Positions 20,424-30,747 of a stretch of 48,114 nt of DNA are shown here, one piece after another. The DNA is from an uncultured Alteromonas sp. (GTDB lineage Bacteria; Pseudomonadota; Gammaproteobacteria; Enterobacterales; Alteromonadaceae). Position numbers and translations under genes: made by a program. Location of the stretch: NCBI GenBank assembly GCA_964508695.1, contig CAZDUT010000001.1, forward strand, positions 1-48,114, read 5' to 3'. Positions within the stretch are counted from its first letter, which is position 1, and each line of letters opens with the position of its first letter. The notes beneath the pieces are model-generated. The model had not been told where the DNA came from. It was given only the letters and a program-made list of their open reading frames with translations, and did no database searches.

Positions 20424-21230
20424 TTACTTTGAATTGGTACTTTCGAAAATTTTGTCCGCAGAGGCGGCAACAAAACCTTTGTACAGCTTGCCATCAGGCA
20501 TTTCATAGCGCTGGGCGAACTCGTAGAAGCAGCTGGGGATTGCTACCGTTTCATCACTGAAGCTGACCTCAGCACGATCGGCCATGGTTGAGGACTGCGC
20601 CAGATACACGTCGGGGCCACCCTTGATTTCGCCGCCAGACGTATTGAGCACAAAGCCCGCTTCTTTGAGCAGCGTATTCACTTCGGCCAGTTCGTTGGTT
20701 TGGCCAAGGTAATTCACGCTCACTGTGAAGTGATTGGCACGAAAGCCCCAGGCGGCTAACCAGGCGGCATACTCAGACTCTTCAATGAGAATATCGTATT
20801 CTTGCTTGCTGACGTCCCAGTGGCGACCGGAATACAGGAAGTTATCTGCTGTAACAGCATCAGCGTCCATTTGTGCAACCAGCTTATGGATGATTGCCTG
20901 AGACTGCTCGGTTAGCTCTTCCACACGAAGCTCACTGATAAACACTTTTGGCTTAGTGTCATCGGGGTGCTCAAAATGCTTGGCATCCAATTTCTTGGCT
21001 TCAAAGTTGTAATCGCCCTTCTCTTCATAACCTAGCGCCAGAAAGTGGGCAGCCAGCTTGTCCAGCGACGTTTTGTCCAGGTTAAACGTCCGAAAGGCCA
21101 CGTGGTCATTGACGATTTCGTCACTGCTCTCTTCGCCAAGCAACAGCTTGTGCACTTTATGCGCCGAAGGCGTGATACTGACGTAATCGTCCCACAGATG
21201 ATCAAACAGTGTATCGATATTATTGTGCAT
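20424..21230 (-). CDS. DUF1338 family (HglS/YdcJ-like) Fe(II)-dependent protein
   Basis: NDHVAFRT, KVFISEL, ESEYAAW, NHFTVSVN, LAQSSTMAD, FYEFAQR, ADKIFEST. Confidence 0.85.
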   Translation of the reverse strand: MHNNIDTLFDHLWDDYVSITPSAHKVHKLLLGEESSDEIVNDHVAFRTFNLDKTSLDKLAAHFLALGYEEKGDYNFEAKKLDAKHFEHPDDTKPKVFISELRVEELTEQSQAIIHKLVAQMDADAVTADNFLYSGRHWDVSKQEYDILIEESEYAAWLAAWGFRANHFTVSVNYLGQTNELAEVNTLLKEAGFVLNTSGGEIKGGPDVYLAQSSTMADRAEVSFSDETVAIPSCFYEFAQRYEMPDGKLYKGFVAASADKIFESTNSK

Positions 21231-21251
21231 GTCAGACTAATCCTTGCGTAA

Positions 21252-22721
21252 TTAAAGTGACAGGCCAGGGCTTAACTTGCCTGGTAACGTTACTTTATCT
21301 AATTCAACCGAGGCAACCGGGTACGCACAGTAATCGGCGGCGTAAAACGCACTGGCGCGGTGGTTGCCGCTTTCACCAATCCCGCCAAAGGGGGCTGCAC
21401 TGCTGGCGCCGGTGATTGGACGGTTCCAGTTAACGATACCGGCGCGAATACGCTGGAAGAAGTACTTATAGTCGTCTTCATTATCACCCAGAAAGCCAGC
21501 CGACAACCCATAACGGGTATTGTTGGCTTCGGCAATCGCCACATCAAAATCTGAATATCGAATCACCTTGAGCAGTGGCCCGAAATGTTCTTCATCGGGT
21601 AGCGAATCCAGCATGTCAGTGACATCAATGATACCTGGTGTAACAAACCCCTTATCCTTATCGGCCTGCTCGAGGCGCAGCAAAACGTTGCCGCCGGCTT
21701 TCTCGAGCTCTGTCTGGGCATCAACCATCATGCTGGCGGCTTTTGCTGATATCATAGCGCCCATAAACGGTTGATCTTCGGCATCGTAGTCACCCACTTT
21801 AATGGCCTTGCTGACTTCAATAAGACGGGTCATGATTTTATCACCCGCTTCGCCGGCCGGCAGGAACAGACGGCGAGCACATGTGCAGCGCTGACCGGTC
21901 GTGATAAAAGCAGAGTGCACGATGTCATGTACCACCGCGTCCAGGTCTTCCGCATCCTTAACGATAAGCGGGTTGTTGCCACCCATTTCCAATGCCAGAA
22001 TCTTGCCGGGATGACCGGCGAACTGTTCGTGCAGGATCTTACCGGTGCGCGAACTGCCGGTGAAAAACAGTCCATCAATACCCGGGTGAGAAGCCAGTGC
22101 TTTACCGGTTTCCACTTCACCTTGTACCAGATTAATCACACCCTTTGGTAACCCGGCTTTTTCCCAGAGCTTAATCATCTCTTCTGCGACCATAGGGGTC
22201 AGATCGCTGGGCTTGAAGATGACGGTATTGCCGGCCAGCAGCGCAGGCACAATATGGCCATTTGGCAGGTGGCAGGGCAGATTGTACGGTCCAAATACCG
22301 CAACCACACCATGGGGTTTATGGCGGATAAACGCTTTACCCACGGGCACGTCATTCTCGACCACACCCGTGCGCTCATTGTAGGCGCGCTCTGAAATACC
22401 AATTTTGCCCATCATGGCACCCACTTCCGTGGCCGTTTCCCATTCTGGTTTACCGGTCTCGCGAGCGATAGCCTTGGCCATGTGGTCTTTGGCTTCAGCC
22501 AGCACTTCACCGTACACTTTGATGATGGCGAGGCGCTCTTCTGCGGTCATTGCTGACCACGCCGGTGCAGCGTTACGCGCTGCACTCACTGCAGCATCGA
22601 CCTGTTGCTGGGTGGCTGATTTGCCTTCCCAGACAGTGACGTTTTTTGCGGGATCGACAGACGCAATTGCGTGACCTTCGCCGGCCACCCATTCACCGTT
22701 GATAAAATGTGTCGTTTGCAT
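21252..22721 (-). CDS. astD: Succinylglutamate-semialdehyde dehydrogenase
   Basis: ALDH motifs [30 protein letters not shown]; end [15 protein letters not shown]. Confidence 0.95.
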   Translation of the reverse strand: MQTTHFINGEWVAGEGHAIASVDPAKNVTVWEGKSATQQQVDAAVSAARNAAPAWSAMTAEERLAIIKVYGEVLAEAKDHMAKAIARETGKPEWETATEVGAMMGKIGISERAYNERTGVVENDVPVGKAFIRHKPHGVVAVFGPYNLPCHLPNGHIVPALLAGNTVIFKPSDLTPMVAEEMIKLWEKAGLPKGVINLVQGEVETGKALASHPGIDGLFFTGSSRTGKILHEQFAGHPGKILALEMGGNNPLIVKDAEDLDAVVHDIVHSAFITTGQRCTCARRLFLPAGEAGDKIMTRLIEVSKAIKVGDYDAEDQPFMGAMISAKAASMMVDAQTELEKAGGNVLLRLEQADKDKGFVTPGIIDVTDMLDSLPDEEHFGPLLKVIRYSDFDVAIAEANNTRYGLSAGFLGDNEDDYKYFFQRIRAGIVNWNRPITGASSAAPFGGIGESGNHRASAFYAADYCAYPVASVELDKVTLPGKLSPGLSL

Positions 22722-22735
22722 GTAATTTCCTGTCG

Positions 22736-23773
22736 TTAGTCTCTGAATTTAACCGGCGCAAAGCGCACCGATTCCCCTTCGCTGACATTCAGTGCTGCAG
22801 CGGCCTGGCGTGAAAGAACAGCAACCTGTTGTTCTTCACTGACTGCCATCTCTGTGGCGACGGCGCGAAAATCTTTCACCGAGGTATTGATGATGTAATG
22901 GCTTTGGCCCTGAGCTGCCGTCTGATCATCAATGACAACGGGCAGTTTTCGGCTTGCCTGAGCGGTGCGTACGTGGCTGAGGTTAGCTTCTACCGTGGGG
23001 CCTGCATCAAAAATATCGACATAACCGCGGCAGCTAAAGCCTTCTTCCTGCAGAAGCTGCAATGCCGGACGGGTTTTTTGATGGACCTGACCGATCACCG
23101 CCTGCGCTTTCTCGCTTAACAGGTTTACGTAGATCGGGTATTTAGGCATCAGCTCAGCAATGAACACCTTTTTACCAATTCCGGTCATGTAGTCCGCGGT
23201 GGGAAAGTCCATGGAGAAAAAGTGCTCTTCCAGCCATTCCCAGAATGGCGAACTGCCATCTTCATTACTGACACCGCGCATCTCAGCAATCACTGTCTCT
23301 GAAAAGCGCTCCCGGTGTTCCATCATAAACAGGAAACGTACCTTGGACAAAAAGCGTCCGTTGATACCGCCGCGGGCCATCTCGCGTAAAAACAAGGTAC
23401 AAATTTCCGTGACGCCGGTGTAGTCATTACAAAACGTCAGGATCTCTACGGTGTTATGCACTTTCAGCTCACGCGAGGCATGTACGACCTTGCCAACATG
23501 GTAATGATAAAACGCATCATCCAAGCCAACTGCGGCCTCGATACCACTGGTACCGACCACCTGACCGGTTGCAGTATTTTCCATCACAAACAGGTAAGAC
23601 TCATCCCCCGGCTTGGTGACATTCGGTTTGGTAAACGAGGTTTCTGCGCGCTCGATTTTATTACGAAGCAATTCTTCGTTTACCGGCAATGACGTAAAGC
23701 CAATGCCGGACTCTTCTGCGATATCATACAGCGACGCATAATCCGCAGCAGTGATAGGGCGAATAACATTCAT
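22736..23773 (-). CDS. astA: Arginine N-succinyltransferase
   Basis: [38 protein letters not shown]; lies between astC and astD. Confidence 0.95.
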   Translation of the reverse strand: MNVIRPITAADYASLYDIAEESGIGFTSLPVNEELLRNKIERAETSFTKPNVTKPGDESYLFVMENTATGQVVGTSGIEAAVGLDDAFYHYHVGKVVHASRELKVHNTVEILTFCNDYTGVTEICTLFLREMARGGINGRFLSKVRFLFMMEHRERFSETVIAEMRGVSNEDGSSPFWEWLEEHFFSMDFPTADYMTGIGKKVFIAELMPKYPIYVNLLSEKAQAVIGQVHQKTRPALQLLQEEGFSCRGYVDIFDAGPTVEANLSHVRTAQASRKLPVVIDDQTAAQGQSHYIINTSVKDFRAVATEMAVSEEQQVAVLSRQAAAALNVSEGESVRFAPVKFRD

Positions 23774-23800
23774 AATCGCGTTCCCGTCTCGTTAGAGGTG

Positions 23801-25006
23801 TTAAGCGTTGACAATTTTCGCTACGGCACGCTCAAAGCGAGACAGACCTTCTTTAATGTCTTCGTCCGGGATCACCAAGGAGGGTGCAAAACGGATAACG
23901 TTGGCACCCGCCACCAGACACATCAGGTTTTCTTCGGTAGCAGCAGCCATAAATTCTTTGGCACGGCCCTGATAATCGTCGTTCAACGCGCAGCCTAATA
24001 GCATGCCCTTACCGCGAACCTCGCTGAATACTTTGTATTTTTCATTAATCTGCTCGAGGTGCTCGCGGAACAGTGCTTCTTTTTTCAGTACGCCTTCCAG
24101 TACTTCCGGCTGATTAATAATATCCAGCACACGCTCAGCGACTGCGCAGGCCAGCGGGTTGCCGCCGTAAGTGCTGCCGTGAGTACCTGGCTTAAGGTGC
24201 TGGGCAATTGCTGAGGTCGTCAGCATAGCACCTACAGGGAAACCACCGCCCAGTGATTTGGCCGTCGTCATGATGTCCGGTGTCACGTCCAGGCCCATGT
24301 ACGCATAAAGATGACCGGTACGCCCAACGCCAGATTGCACTTCATCAAAAATGAGCAGTGCATTGTGTTTGTCACAAAGCTCCCGGACGCCGCGCACGAA
24401 GTCTGCATCAGGTGGAATGATGCCGCCTTCACCCTGAAGTGGTTCCATCATCACGGCACAGGTTTTGTCAGAAATCATCGCTTCAAATGCGGCGAGGTCG
24501 TTGTAATCACAATGATCAACAGCACCTGGCTTAGGACCAAATCCTTCAGAGTAGGCGGCTTGTCCACCGACGGTGACAGTAAAGAAGGTGCGGCCATGAA
24601 AACCACGATTAAACGCAATGATCTGGTTTTTGTCTTCACCGTGCTCTTCCAGTGCCCAGCGACGTGCCAGCTTAAGGGCAGCCTCATTGGCTTCAGCACC
24701 GGAATTGGCGAAATAAACGCGTTCAGCGAAGGTAGCCTGCGTAAGTTTACTGGCCAGGCGAAGCGCCGGCTCATTGGTAAAAACGTTGCTCAGATGCCAT
24801 AACTTGCTGCCTTGCTCGTTCAGCACTTTCACCAGCTCGGGGTGGCAATGGCCTAATGCGTTTACGGCAATGCCTCCAGCAAAATCAATGTATTCAGCAC
24901 CGTCCTGATCCCAGACGCGAGAACCTTCCCCACGGACTGGAACCATCTTGGCGGGGTTATAATTAGGAACCATTACGTCATCAAAAGTAGAGCGGTCGAC
25001 ATTCAT
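23801..25006 (-). CDS. astC: Succinylornithine/acetylornithine aminotransferase (AstC/ArgD)
   Basis: Class III PLP enzyme: [48 protein letters not shown]; first gene of the ast operon. Confidence 0.92.
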   Translation of the reverse strand: MNVDRSTFDDVMVPNYNPAKMVPVRGEGSRVWDQDGAEYIDFAGGIAVNALGHCHPELVKVLNEQGSKLWHLSNVFTNEPALRLASKLTQATFAERVYFANSGAEANEAALKLARRWALEEHGEDKNQIIAFNRGFHGRTFFTVTVGGQAAYSEGFGPKPGAVDHCDYNDLAAFEAMISDKTCAVMMEPLQGEGGIIPPDADFVRGVRELCDKHNALLIFDEVQSGVGRTGHLYAYMGLDVTPDIMTTAKSLGGGFPVGAMLTTSAIAQHLKPGTHGSTYGGNPLACAVAERVLDIINQPEVLEGVLKKEALFREHLEQINEKYKVFSEVRGKGMLLGCALNDDYQGRAKEFMAAATEENLMCLVAGANVIRFAPSLVIPDEDIKEGLSRFERAVAKIVNA

Positions 25007-25086
25007 CTTAAATACCTCTGGTTAGGCGCTGTTTAACCTTGGTGCGATACGCAAGTCAGCGCAGATCTGATTCAAAACTGGCGCAC

Positions 25087-25115
25087 ATTATGTCATTTTT
25101 TCATCGCTTTGTCTT
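25087..25115 (-). promoter_or_regulatory. Putative sigma70 promoter of astC
   Basis: Minus strand AAGACA-N17-CATAAT with extended -10 TG. Confidence 0.5.
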
Positions 25116-25174
25116 GTGCCTGTATGTTTGCAGCCCTTGTTATACGCGGTCTGTGGCTTGTTTTGCAGATTTAG

Positions 25175-25288
25175 TGAATAACTATCTAGGCAGGGTAGGC
25201 AGCAGAGTCTCGTTACCCGGCGAGAAAGAAGGCTGGTGCTTCGGTTGACAGGTAAAAGCAGAAAATAATCGGGATGAATGAATATCTA
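25175..25288. promoter_or_regulatory. Two ARG-box-like sites (25175-25188 and 25275-25288)
   Basis: TGAATAACTATCTA and TGAATGAATATCTA resemble the ArgR core TGAAT-N4-ATTCA and lie upstream of an arginine catabolic operon. Confidence 0.5.
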
Positions 25289-25339
25289 CCAGACAATGCT
25301 GTAGAAAATTTCGCCGGTATGGCCCATGGCAGAACATTG

Positions 25340-26539
25340 CTATGTTTTTGGTTCTGCCGGTGGGGCACACGCCGACGCGTTGCGATCCGGCTCGCTTTTA
25401 AGCGGGAGCTCGAAGATATTTCTGGCTTTGAGCACATCGATTGCGCCTGCAGGGAATTGTGCCTCCCGCAGTGCATCTTTCGCTTCGGCTTTTTCGATAC
25501 ATCGGTGCTGGTGAAGCATCCTGACCCTCGTGTAGCAGCGGGCCAGTTTCAGCGTGTCAGCAGCCGAGCCGCGGTCAACGCTGAGCGTAGTAGTAAAGCG
25601 GCGCATCGGCTCTGCGATTGCCAGGCGTTTAAACAGCATGTGCTCGAACAAATCTGCGCTAAGCCGGTCAGCGTATTCCTGCTGCGCAGCAATCAGATAA
25701 TTGGCAGACGGTTTGATGTGTAACAGTGCCGCATGCTTATCCCGCTGCCTTCTGAGCTGCGCGTCCAGCAACTGTTCGCGGTGTACCTGATCAAACAGGC
25801 GAAAGTACAACCTGATCAGTGCACAGTTTCCCAGACTGCTTAACATGCCCAGCGTGTAAGCATGGTAGGGCTTTACCTCGCAAAATTGTGCCAGCTCGCG
25901 GGCCGTCACAGCCGTAGCGGTTGCATATTGACGTAGCTTTTGTTTGATTTGTGGGTAAGGATCGGTAATTTGCGGTAAGGTGCGCTTCAGCACCAGCCAG
26001 GGGACTAGCAGCCGCAGATTCTCAACACCTAAAAAGCTAAGCGCTGTTTTCAATGATTCCACCACAATTACCCGACCGCGCGCGTCTTTGCGGCGAAATG
26101 CCGGGGCGTTGGCGGTCTGTATAAACTCGTCGAACATCCATGGCAAAGCCGCGGCGTAGGGTTCGATTTTAGCAACCGATGGCACCCGGGCCGATAGCGT
26201 ATCCAGCAAGCCCGAGACATCGTCATTTAACGCAAGTACCCGGGTATATATATTACTGGGGGACTGAATGGTTTTTTGAATTTCTGCAATAATAAGGTCA
26301 TGCAATTCACTGCTTACTGCATCAAGAAAACTGGCATGAGTCTTCGCTTGTTCAGCCTTGTTCTTAATGGCCACTTTTTCAACCCGCAGTAAATCGCGGC
26401 GTGCATCACTTTGCTCTGACTCTTCGAACGCCACTTCTCCCGGGCTACGTTTACCAAGCATCTGGTGCACGCGCAGCGGCGAGATAAGTAAATTATCAAA
26501 TCGTTCGCCGACCGGAGGAGGTGGCGCAGAGGCTGACAT
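25340..26539 (-). CDS. HDOD domain signalling protein
   Basis: ANAPAFRR, SLKTALSFLGVENLR, AYTLGMLSSLG. Start moved from 26590 to the ATG at 26539, which has an AGGAG RBS. Confidence 0.8.
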   Translation of the reverse strand: MSASAPPPPVGERFDNLLISPLRVHQMLGKRSPGEVAFEESEQSDARRDLLRVEKVAIKNKAEQAKTHASFLDAVSSELHDLIIAEIQKTIQSPSNIYTRVLALNDDVSGLLDTLSARVPSVAKIEPYAAALPWMFDEFIQTANAPAFRRKDARGRVIVVESLKTALSFLGVENLRLLVPWLVLKRTLPQITDPYPQIKQKLRQYATATAVTARELAQFCEVKPYHAYTLGMLSSLGNCALIRLYFRLFDQVHREQLLDAQLRRQRDKHAALLHIKPSANYLIAAQQEYADRLSADLFEHMLFKRLAIAEPMRRFTTTLSVDRGSAADTLKLARCYTRVRMLHQHRCIEKAEAKDALREAQFPAGAIDVLKARNIFELPLKSEPDRNASACAPPAEPKT

Positions 26540-26671
26540 GTGGTTGGATCTCCTGCTCTTATTATAATAGTGCGGCTGAGCGTACAGCATTTAATCATTC
26601 ACATCGTATTAGGTATGTACGTACAGACTTAACCGAAAGGTGTACCGGTACATAGTGGTAGTGATACCCAG

Positions 26672-26698
26672 TTATCGGCCAACAGGAAAAGACATTGA
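26672..26698 (-). promoter_or_regulatory. sigma28 (FliA) promoter upstream of the HDOD gene
   Basis: Minus strand TCAA-N15-GCCGATAA; perfect -10 box at canonical spacing. Confidence 0.75.
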
Positions 26699-26702
26699 AT
26701 GA

Positions 26703-27314
26703 TTATCTGTTAAAAATAAACCTTTGCTTATAGTTTTTGGCCAGGTCTAGAAAGTTTCGCAGTATATCGTGGCCGCATTCAGTCAACAGTGACTCCGGGT
26801 GAAATTGCACCCCCCATACTGGCTGTGACACATGACTGATACCCATTACTTCAAATTCGCCCTGCGGGTCAGTATGCCAGGCATCGACCTGCAGGCTGGT
26901 CGGAATACTTGACGCCTCAAGCAGCAGAGAGTGGTAGCGGGTGGCCGTGAACGGGGCCGGCAGGCCGGCAAACACGCCGCCGCCGCGATGACTTATCTGC
27001 GATGTTTTACCGTGGAGAATGTCCCGGGCGCGGATAACCCGGGCACCATAAACCTGACCAATTGCCTGATGACCCAGGCAAACACCCAGCATCGGGATCT
27101 GACCGGCAAAGTGCGAAATGGCGGATAATGTAATACCTGCATCGTCAGGTGTGCATGGGCCCGGAGAGAAAACCAGGTAGTCTGGTGACAGCGCTGCGAT
27201 GTCGTTGAGGGTAACCGCATTGTTACGCACCACCCTGACGTCTTCACCGAGTTCTGTGAAGTAACGTGCCAGGTTGTGCGTAAACGAGTCGAAGTTGTCT
27301 ATCAGCAACAGCAC
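26703..27314 (-). CDS. pabA: Aminodeoxychorismate/anthranilate synthase component II (glutamine amidotransferase)
   Basis: LIDNFDSFT, SPGPCTP, GVCLGHQ, TRYHSL, GVQFHPES; not in a trp operon, so PabA is more likely than TrpG. Confidence 0.85.
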   Translation of the reverse strand: MLLLIDNFDSFTHNLARYFTELGEDVRVVRNNAVTLNDIAALSPDYLVFSPGPCTPDDAGITLSAISHFAGQIPMLGVCLGHQAIGQVYGARVIRARDILHGKTSQISHRGGGVFAGLPAPFTATRYHSLLLEASSIPTSLQVDAWHTDPQGEFEVMGISHVSQPVWGVQFHPESLLTECGHDILRNFLDLAKNYKQRFIFNR

Positions 27315-27343
27315 GGCGTTTTCCTGTTGTGATTAGTGCTTGG

Positions 27344-28351
27344 TTATGGACGGGCCACAAAGCCTACAGCGTCATAAACCTTGCGTAGCGTCTGTGCTGC
27401 GCGCTCGCGGGCGCCTTCTGCGCCGGCTTTCATCACGCTGTCGAGGTAAGCCTGATCTTCACGCAGCGCATGGTAGCGTGCCTGTATCGGCTCAATCAGC
27501 GCAACCACCGCGTCGGCAACATCCCCTTTTAAGTGTCCGTACATCTTATCCTCGTATTCCGGGACCAGCGTGTCGACAGACTTGCCGGTCGCAAGGGACA
27601 ATAAGGTTAGCAGGTTAGACACACCCGGCTTTTCATCACGATCGAAGTAAATGCGTGCCTGCTCATCGGAGTCGGTCACCGCCCGCTTTATTTTTTTGGT
27701 GACCTTTTTGGGCTCTTCAAGCAAGCCGATAAAGTTATTAGGGTTGGTATCAGATTTCGACATCTTCTTGTCCGGCTCCTGAAGGCTCATGATCCGGGCA
27801 CCAAACTCAGGAATAGCCGGGTCAGGCAGGTGAAACAGGTCGCCGTACAGATTGTTCATGCGTGTGGCAATATCCCGGGTCAACTCAAGATGCTGTTTCT
27901 GATCGTCGCCAACCGGAACTTTCGCTGCCTGATATAGCAGTATATCAGCAGCCTGTAAGACCGGATAACTGTACAGACCAACATTCACGTTGTTCATATT
28001 CGACGCGGACTTGTCTTTAAACTGCGTCATGCGGTTGAGTTCGCCCATTTGCGCATAACAATTTAATACCCATGCCAGTTGCGCATGCTCAGGAACATGT
28101 GACTGCACGAACAAGGTACTTTTCTGTGGATCAATTCCGCAGGCAAGATAGAGCGCCAGTCCGTCGAGACATGCCGAACGCAATTGCTCCGGCTTCTGAC
28201 GTACCGTAATGGCGTGCAAATCGACCAGCATATACAGGCAATCATGATCAGCCTGCATTGAAACCCATTGCTTCAGCGCCCCCATATAATTACCAAGGGT
28301 AAGTTGTCCTGACGGCTGACAGCCACTTAATACAACGGGTTTGTTACTCAT
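27344..28351 (-). CDS. trpS: Tryptophan--tRNA ligase
   Basis: [14 protein letters not shown] (HIGH-like), [27 protein letters not shown]. Confidence 0.97.
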   Translation of the reverse strand: MSNKPVVLSGCQPSGQLTLGNYMGALKQWVSMQADHDCLYMLVDLHAITVRQKPEQLRSACLDGLALYLACGIDPQKSTLFVQSHVPEHAQLAWVLNCYAQMGELNRMTQFKDKSASNMNNVNVGLYSYPVLQAADILLYQAAKVPVGDDQKQHLELTRDIATRMNNLYGDLFHLPDPAIPEFGARIMSLQEPDKKMSKSDTNPNNFIGLLEEPKKVTKKIKRAVTDSDEQARIYFDRDEKPGVSNLLTLLSLATGKSVDTLVPEYEDKMYGHLKGDVADAVVALIEPIQARYHALREDQAYLDSVMKAGAEGARERAAQTLRKVYDAVGFVARP

Positions 28352-28385
28352 TTCTGATTACCTGTAAATGCTATTTAATTAAAAA

Positions 28386-29063
28386 TTATGCCTGACTTAA
28401 GGCTGCCAGCTCGTTACGCATTGCTGCAATGACCTGGCCGTAGTCGGACTGACCAAAAATGGCCGAACCAGCCACGAACATATCGGCGCCCGCCTCGGCG
28501 ATATCGCGGATATTGTCCACCTTTACGCCGCCGTCAACCTCAATACGAATATTCCGCCCTGAGGCCACAACACGCTGCTTTACCTGGCGAACTTTGTCCA
28601 GCGTCGCGGGAATGAATGACTGACCGCCGAAGCCGGGGTTAACTGACATCAGCAAGATGTGATGCAATTTATCCATGACATGATCAAGACAGTGCAGCGG
28701 TGTCGCCGGGTTTAATACCAAACCGGGCTTGCACCCCGCATCGATGATAAGTTGCAGCGAACGATCGACGTGCTCTGATGCTTCCGGATGAAAACTGATA
28801 TAGCTGGCGCCTGCTTTAGCGAATGACTCAATCAGATCGTCTACCGGCTTAACCATCAGGTGCACATCAATGGGGGCGGTAACGCCATAGTTGCGCAGCG
28901 CCTCACAAATCATCGGACCAAATGATAAGTTCGGTACATAGTGATTATCCATCACATCGAAATGAATGACATCGGCCCCGGCTTTCATGACAGCGTCTAC
29001 TTCCTCCCCGAGTCTGGCGAAGTCGGCAGAAAGAATGGACGGAGCAATTAAGTAGTTAGCCAT
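28386..29063 (-). CDS. rpe: Ribulose-phosphate 3-epimerase
   Basis: [42 protein letters not shown]. Start moved to the ATG at 29063 (MANYLIAPS). Confidence 0.96.
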   Translation of the reverse strand: MANYLIAPSILSADFARLGEEVDAVMKAGADVIHFDVMDNHYVPNLSFGPMICEALRNYGVTAPIDVHLMVKPVDDLIESFAKAGASYISFHPEASEHVDRSLQLIIDAGCKPGLVLNPATPLHCLDHVMDKLHHILLMSVNPGFGGQSFIPATLDKVRQVKQRVVASGRNIRIEVDGGVKVDNIRDIAEAGADMFVAGSAIFGQSDYGQVIAAMRNELAALSQA

Positions 29064-29194
29064 GACGGGTCCTTGCGTACGGTGCGAAGTCGTGGGCGCA
29101 GTGTACCTAAATCTCTCGGATGAAGGAAGCAGCACCCGCCATCTGCTGTGTGGGGAAGGGAGTGTTCATCAAAGGGGATTCAACGGGGCAGGTC

Positions 29195-29230
29195 TGCGCC
29201 AAAAAGGTGAGGCCGCCTGTTTTTGGTGCA
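29195..29230. promoter_or_regulatory. Two candidate NtrC binding sites
   Basis: TGCGCCAAAAAGGTGAG (29195-29211) and CGCCTGTTTTTGGTGCA (29214-29230) versus consensus TGCACC-N5-GGTGCA; 120-150 bp upstream of a sigma54 motif. Confidence 0.6.
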
Positions 29231-29346
29231 AATTTTAGTCAGTGTTTACAGCATTCCCATCAGCTCGTCGTTTGTCGCAATTAAAAAACACAATAGTTTC
29301 ATTGGCTTATTTGTCTTTCGACAGTCTTGAGCATTTTGGACGGTGT

Positions 29347-29361
29347 GGGCATTAAGCTTGC
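29347..29361 (+). promoter_or_regulatory. sigma54 -24/-12 promoter of the TorF gene
   Basis: GGGCATTAAGCTTGC: GG(29348-49)-N10-GC(29360-61), with GGCA and TTGC cores. Confidence 0.7.
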
Positions 29362-29438
29362 GTAGTCTTCTCCATAAACCATAAAAAGACAGAAAAACTC
29401 AAAGATAAACAACAAGTTTGAATAACTGGAGAACACAC

Positions 29439-30170
29439 ATGAAAAACTCGTTTAAAAAAACGCTGCTGGTATCAGCGCTAATGTCATCGACATTGCTTGC
29501 TGCCTCTCCCGCCTTGGCTGATCTGTCGGCCAATGTGAGTGTGACCAATAACTACATTTGGCGAGGGCTTACGCAAACGACTAACGAGGCCGCGGTACAG
29601 GGCGGAATTGATTACGCCCATGACAGCGGGTTTTATGCCGGAACCTGGGCATCAAACGTGCAATATGGCGCTGATGATGTTTACTCCTACGAGCATGATC
29701 TGTACGCAGGGTACAGCGGTGAAGTCGGTGATATCTCTTATGATGTCGGTTATCTGTATTACAACTACGACGCTGAGGCGAACTTCGACTTTTCCGAAGT
29801 GTATGGCTCGGTTGGGTTTATGAACCTTACTGCATCGCTGTATTTGCTGGCGGATACCGAAGCGGACGAAGGGCCGGGCCAGGATTTTGGCTTTGGTGAG
29901 GCGTCGTATATCTCGCTGGATTACGCGCTACCCTTGCAAAACGGTGCCGAAATTGGTTTACATGTTGGCCATCACGAGGGGGATTTTGCAGAGGCGTTTA
30001 ACGGGCTGACAGACAGCTACAACGACTGGGCGATCTCTATTGCCAAAGATGGTTTTACGTTTGCAGTAACCGGGACCGACATGGACGGTGACATGCCAGC
30101 GGCACAGGGCGGCTATGACAATGATGAAATTAAATTTGTCGTTTCTTACGCCGTCGATATCGACCTGTAA
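29439..30170 (+). CDS. TorF family putative porin (TIGR02001-like outer-membrane protein)
   Basis: Signal peptide, then SANVSVTNNYIWRGLTQ, AVQGGIDY, GFYAGTWASNV, EHDLYAGY. Start at ATG 29439 with GGAG RBS. Confidence 0.88.
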   Translation: MKNSFKKTLLVSALMSSTLLAASPALADLSANVSVTNNYIWRGLTQTTNEAAVQGGIDYAHDSGFYAGTWASNVQYGADDVYSYEHDLYAGYSGEVGDISYDVGYLYYNYDAEANFDFSEVYGSVGFMNLTASLYLLADTEADEGPGQDFGFGEASYISLDYALPLQNGAEIGLHVGHHEGDFAEAFNGLTDSYNDWAISIAKDGFTFAVTGTDMDGDMPAAQGGYDNDEIKFVVSYAVDIDL

Positions 30171-30193
30171 GCGCTTCCCTGATACATATCCAT

Positions 30194-30223
30194 GCCATAC
30201 GCGTTAAGCGCGTATGGCTTTTT
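30194..30223 (+). terminator. Intrinsic terminator of the TorF gene
   Basis: GCCATACGCG-TTAAG-CGCGTATGGC-TTTTT. Confidence 0.9.
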
Positions 30224-30436
30224 AGTTTATAGCCATCCCTGAATGCAACTGTATGCGCAGTGCACAACACGGCATTCGCGGAAAAGACCGGCATCTTTTC
30301 GACATGACGGTGCCGGGGTCTGCTACGCCGGTCTGTTTCCTGCGTGAAGAGATATTATTTCTCAGCAGATGCTTGTGGTGCGAAAAATTTAGTTTATTAT
30401 AGGTGGCTAGTTTTTAACCGGCGAAGGAAGCTCAGG

Positions 30437-30742
30437 ATGAGAAACGACGTCAAACTACTATCATTGGCAGGCAGCATTGTTGCATCTGCAGTTATAGTGG
30501 TTGCACTACAACAGCCCGCATCGCAGTGTCACTGGCAGTCGCAAATGGATATGCAGTCAGCTTCAACTGTTTCGATAACTACTTATCCATCGCCCACTTG
30601 TGACGGTGATGTCACCGAAGTAAGCTGGTTCTCCTGGCTTGCCGGAAAATCTGCGTCCTATCAGTTCCATTTCTTAGATTTGCTCGAATTGCTTTACAAG
30701 CATGATACGCGGCAATCCAAACTTGCTACACCTGCCGGTTAA
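30437..30742 (+). CDS. Hypothetical exported or membrane-anchored small protein (101 aa)
   Basis: ATG at 30437 after AAGGA; hydrophobic N-terminus; two Cys; C-terminal block SWFSWLAGKSASYQFHFLDLLELL. Confidence 0.7.
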   Translation: MRNDVKLLSLAGSIVASAVIVVALQQPASQCHWQSQMDMQSASTVSITTYPSPTCDGDVTEVSWFSWLAGKSASYQFHFLDLLELLYKHDTRQSKLATPAG

Positions 30743-30747
30743 AACCT

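Noticed and set aside
25039-25723. Small ORFs in the astC-HDOD spacer (25039-25248, 25182-25370, 25213-25476, 25274-25723)
   Set aside because: No recognisable family, they overlap the HDOD gene or the promoter region, and the spacer is better explained as regulatory DNA.
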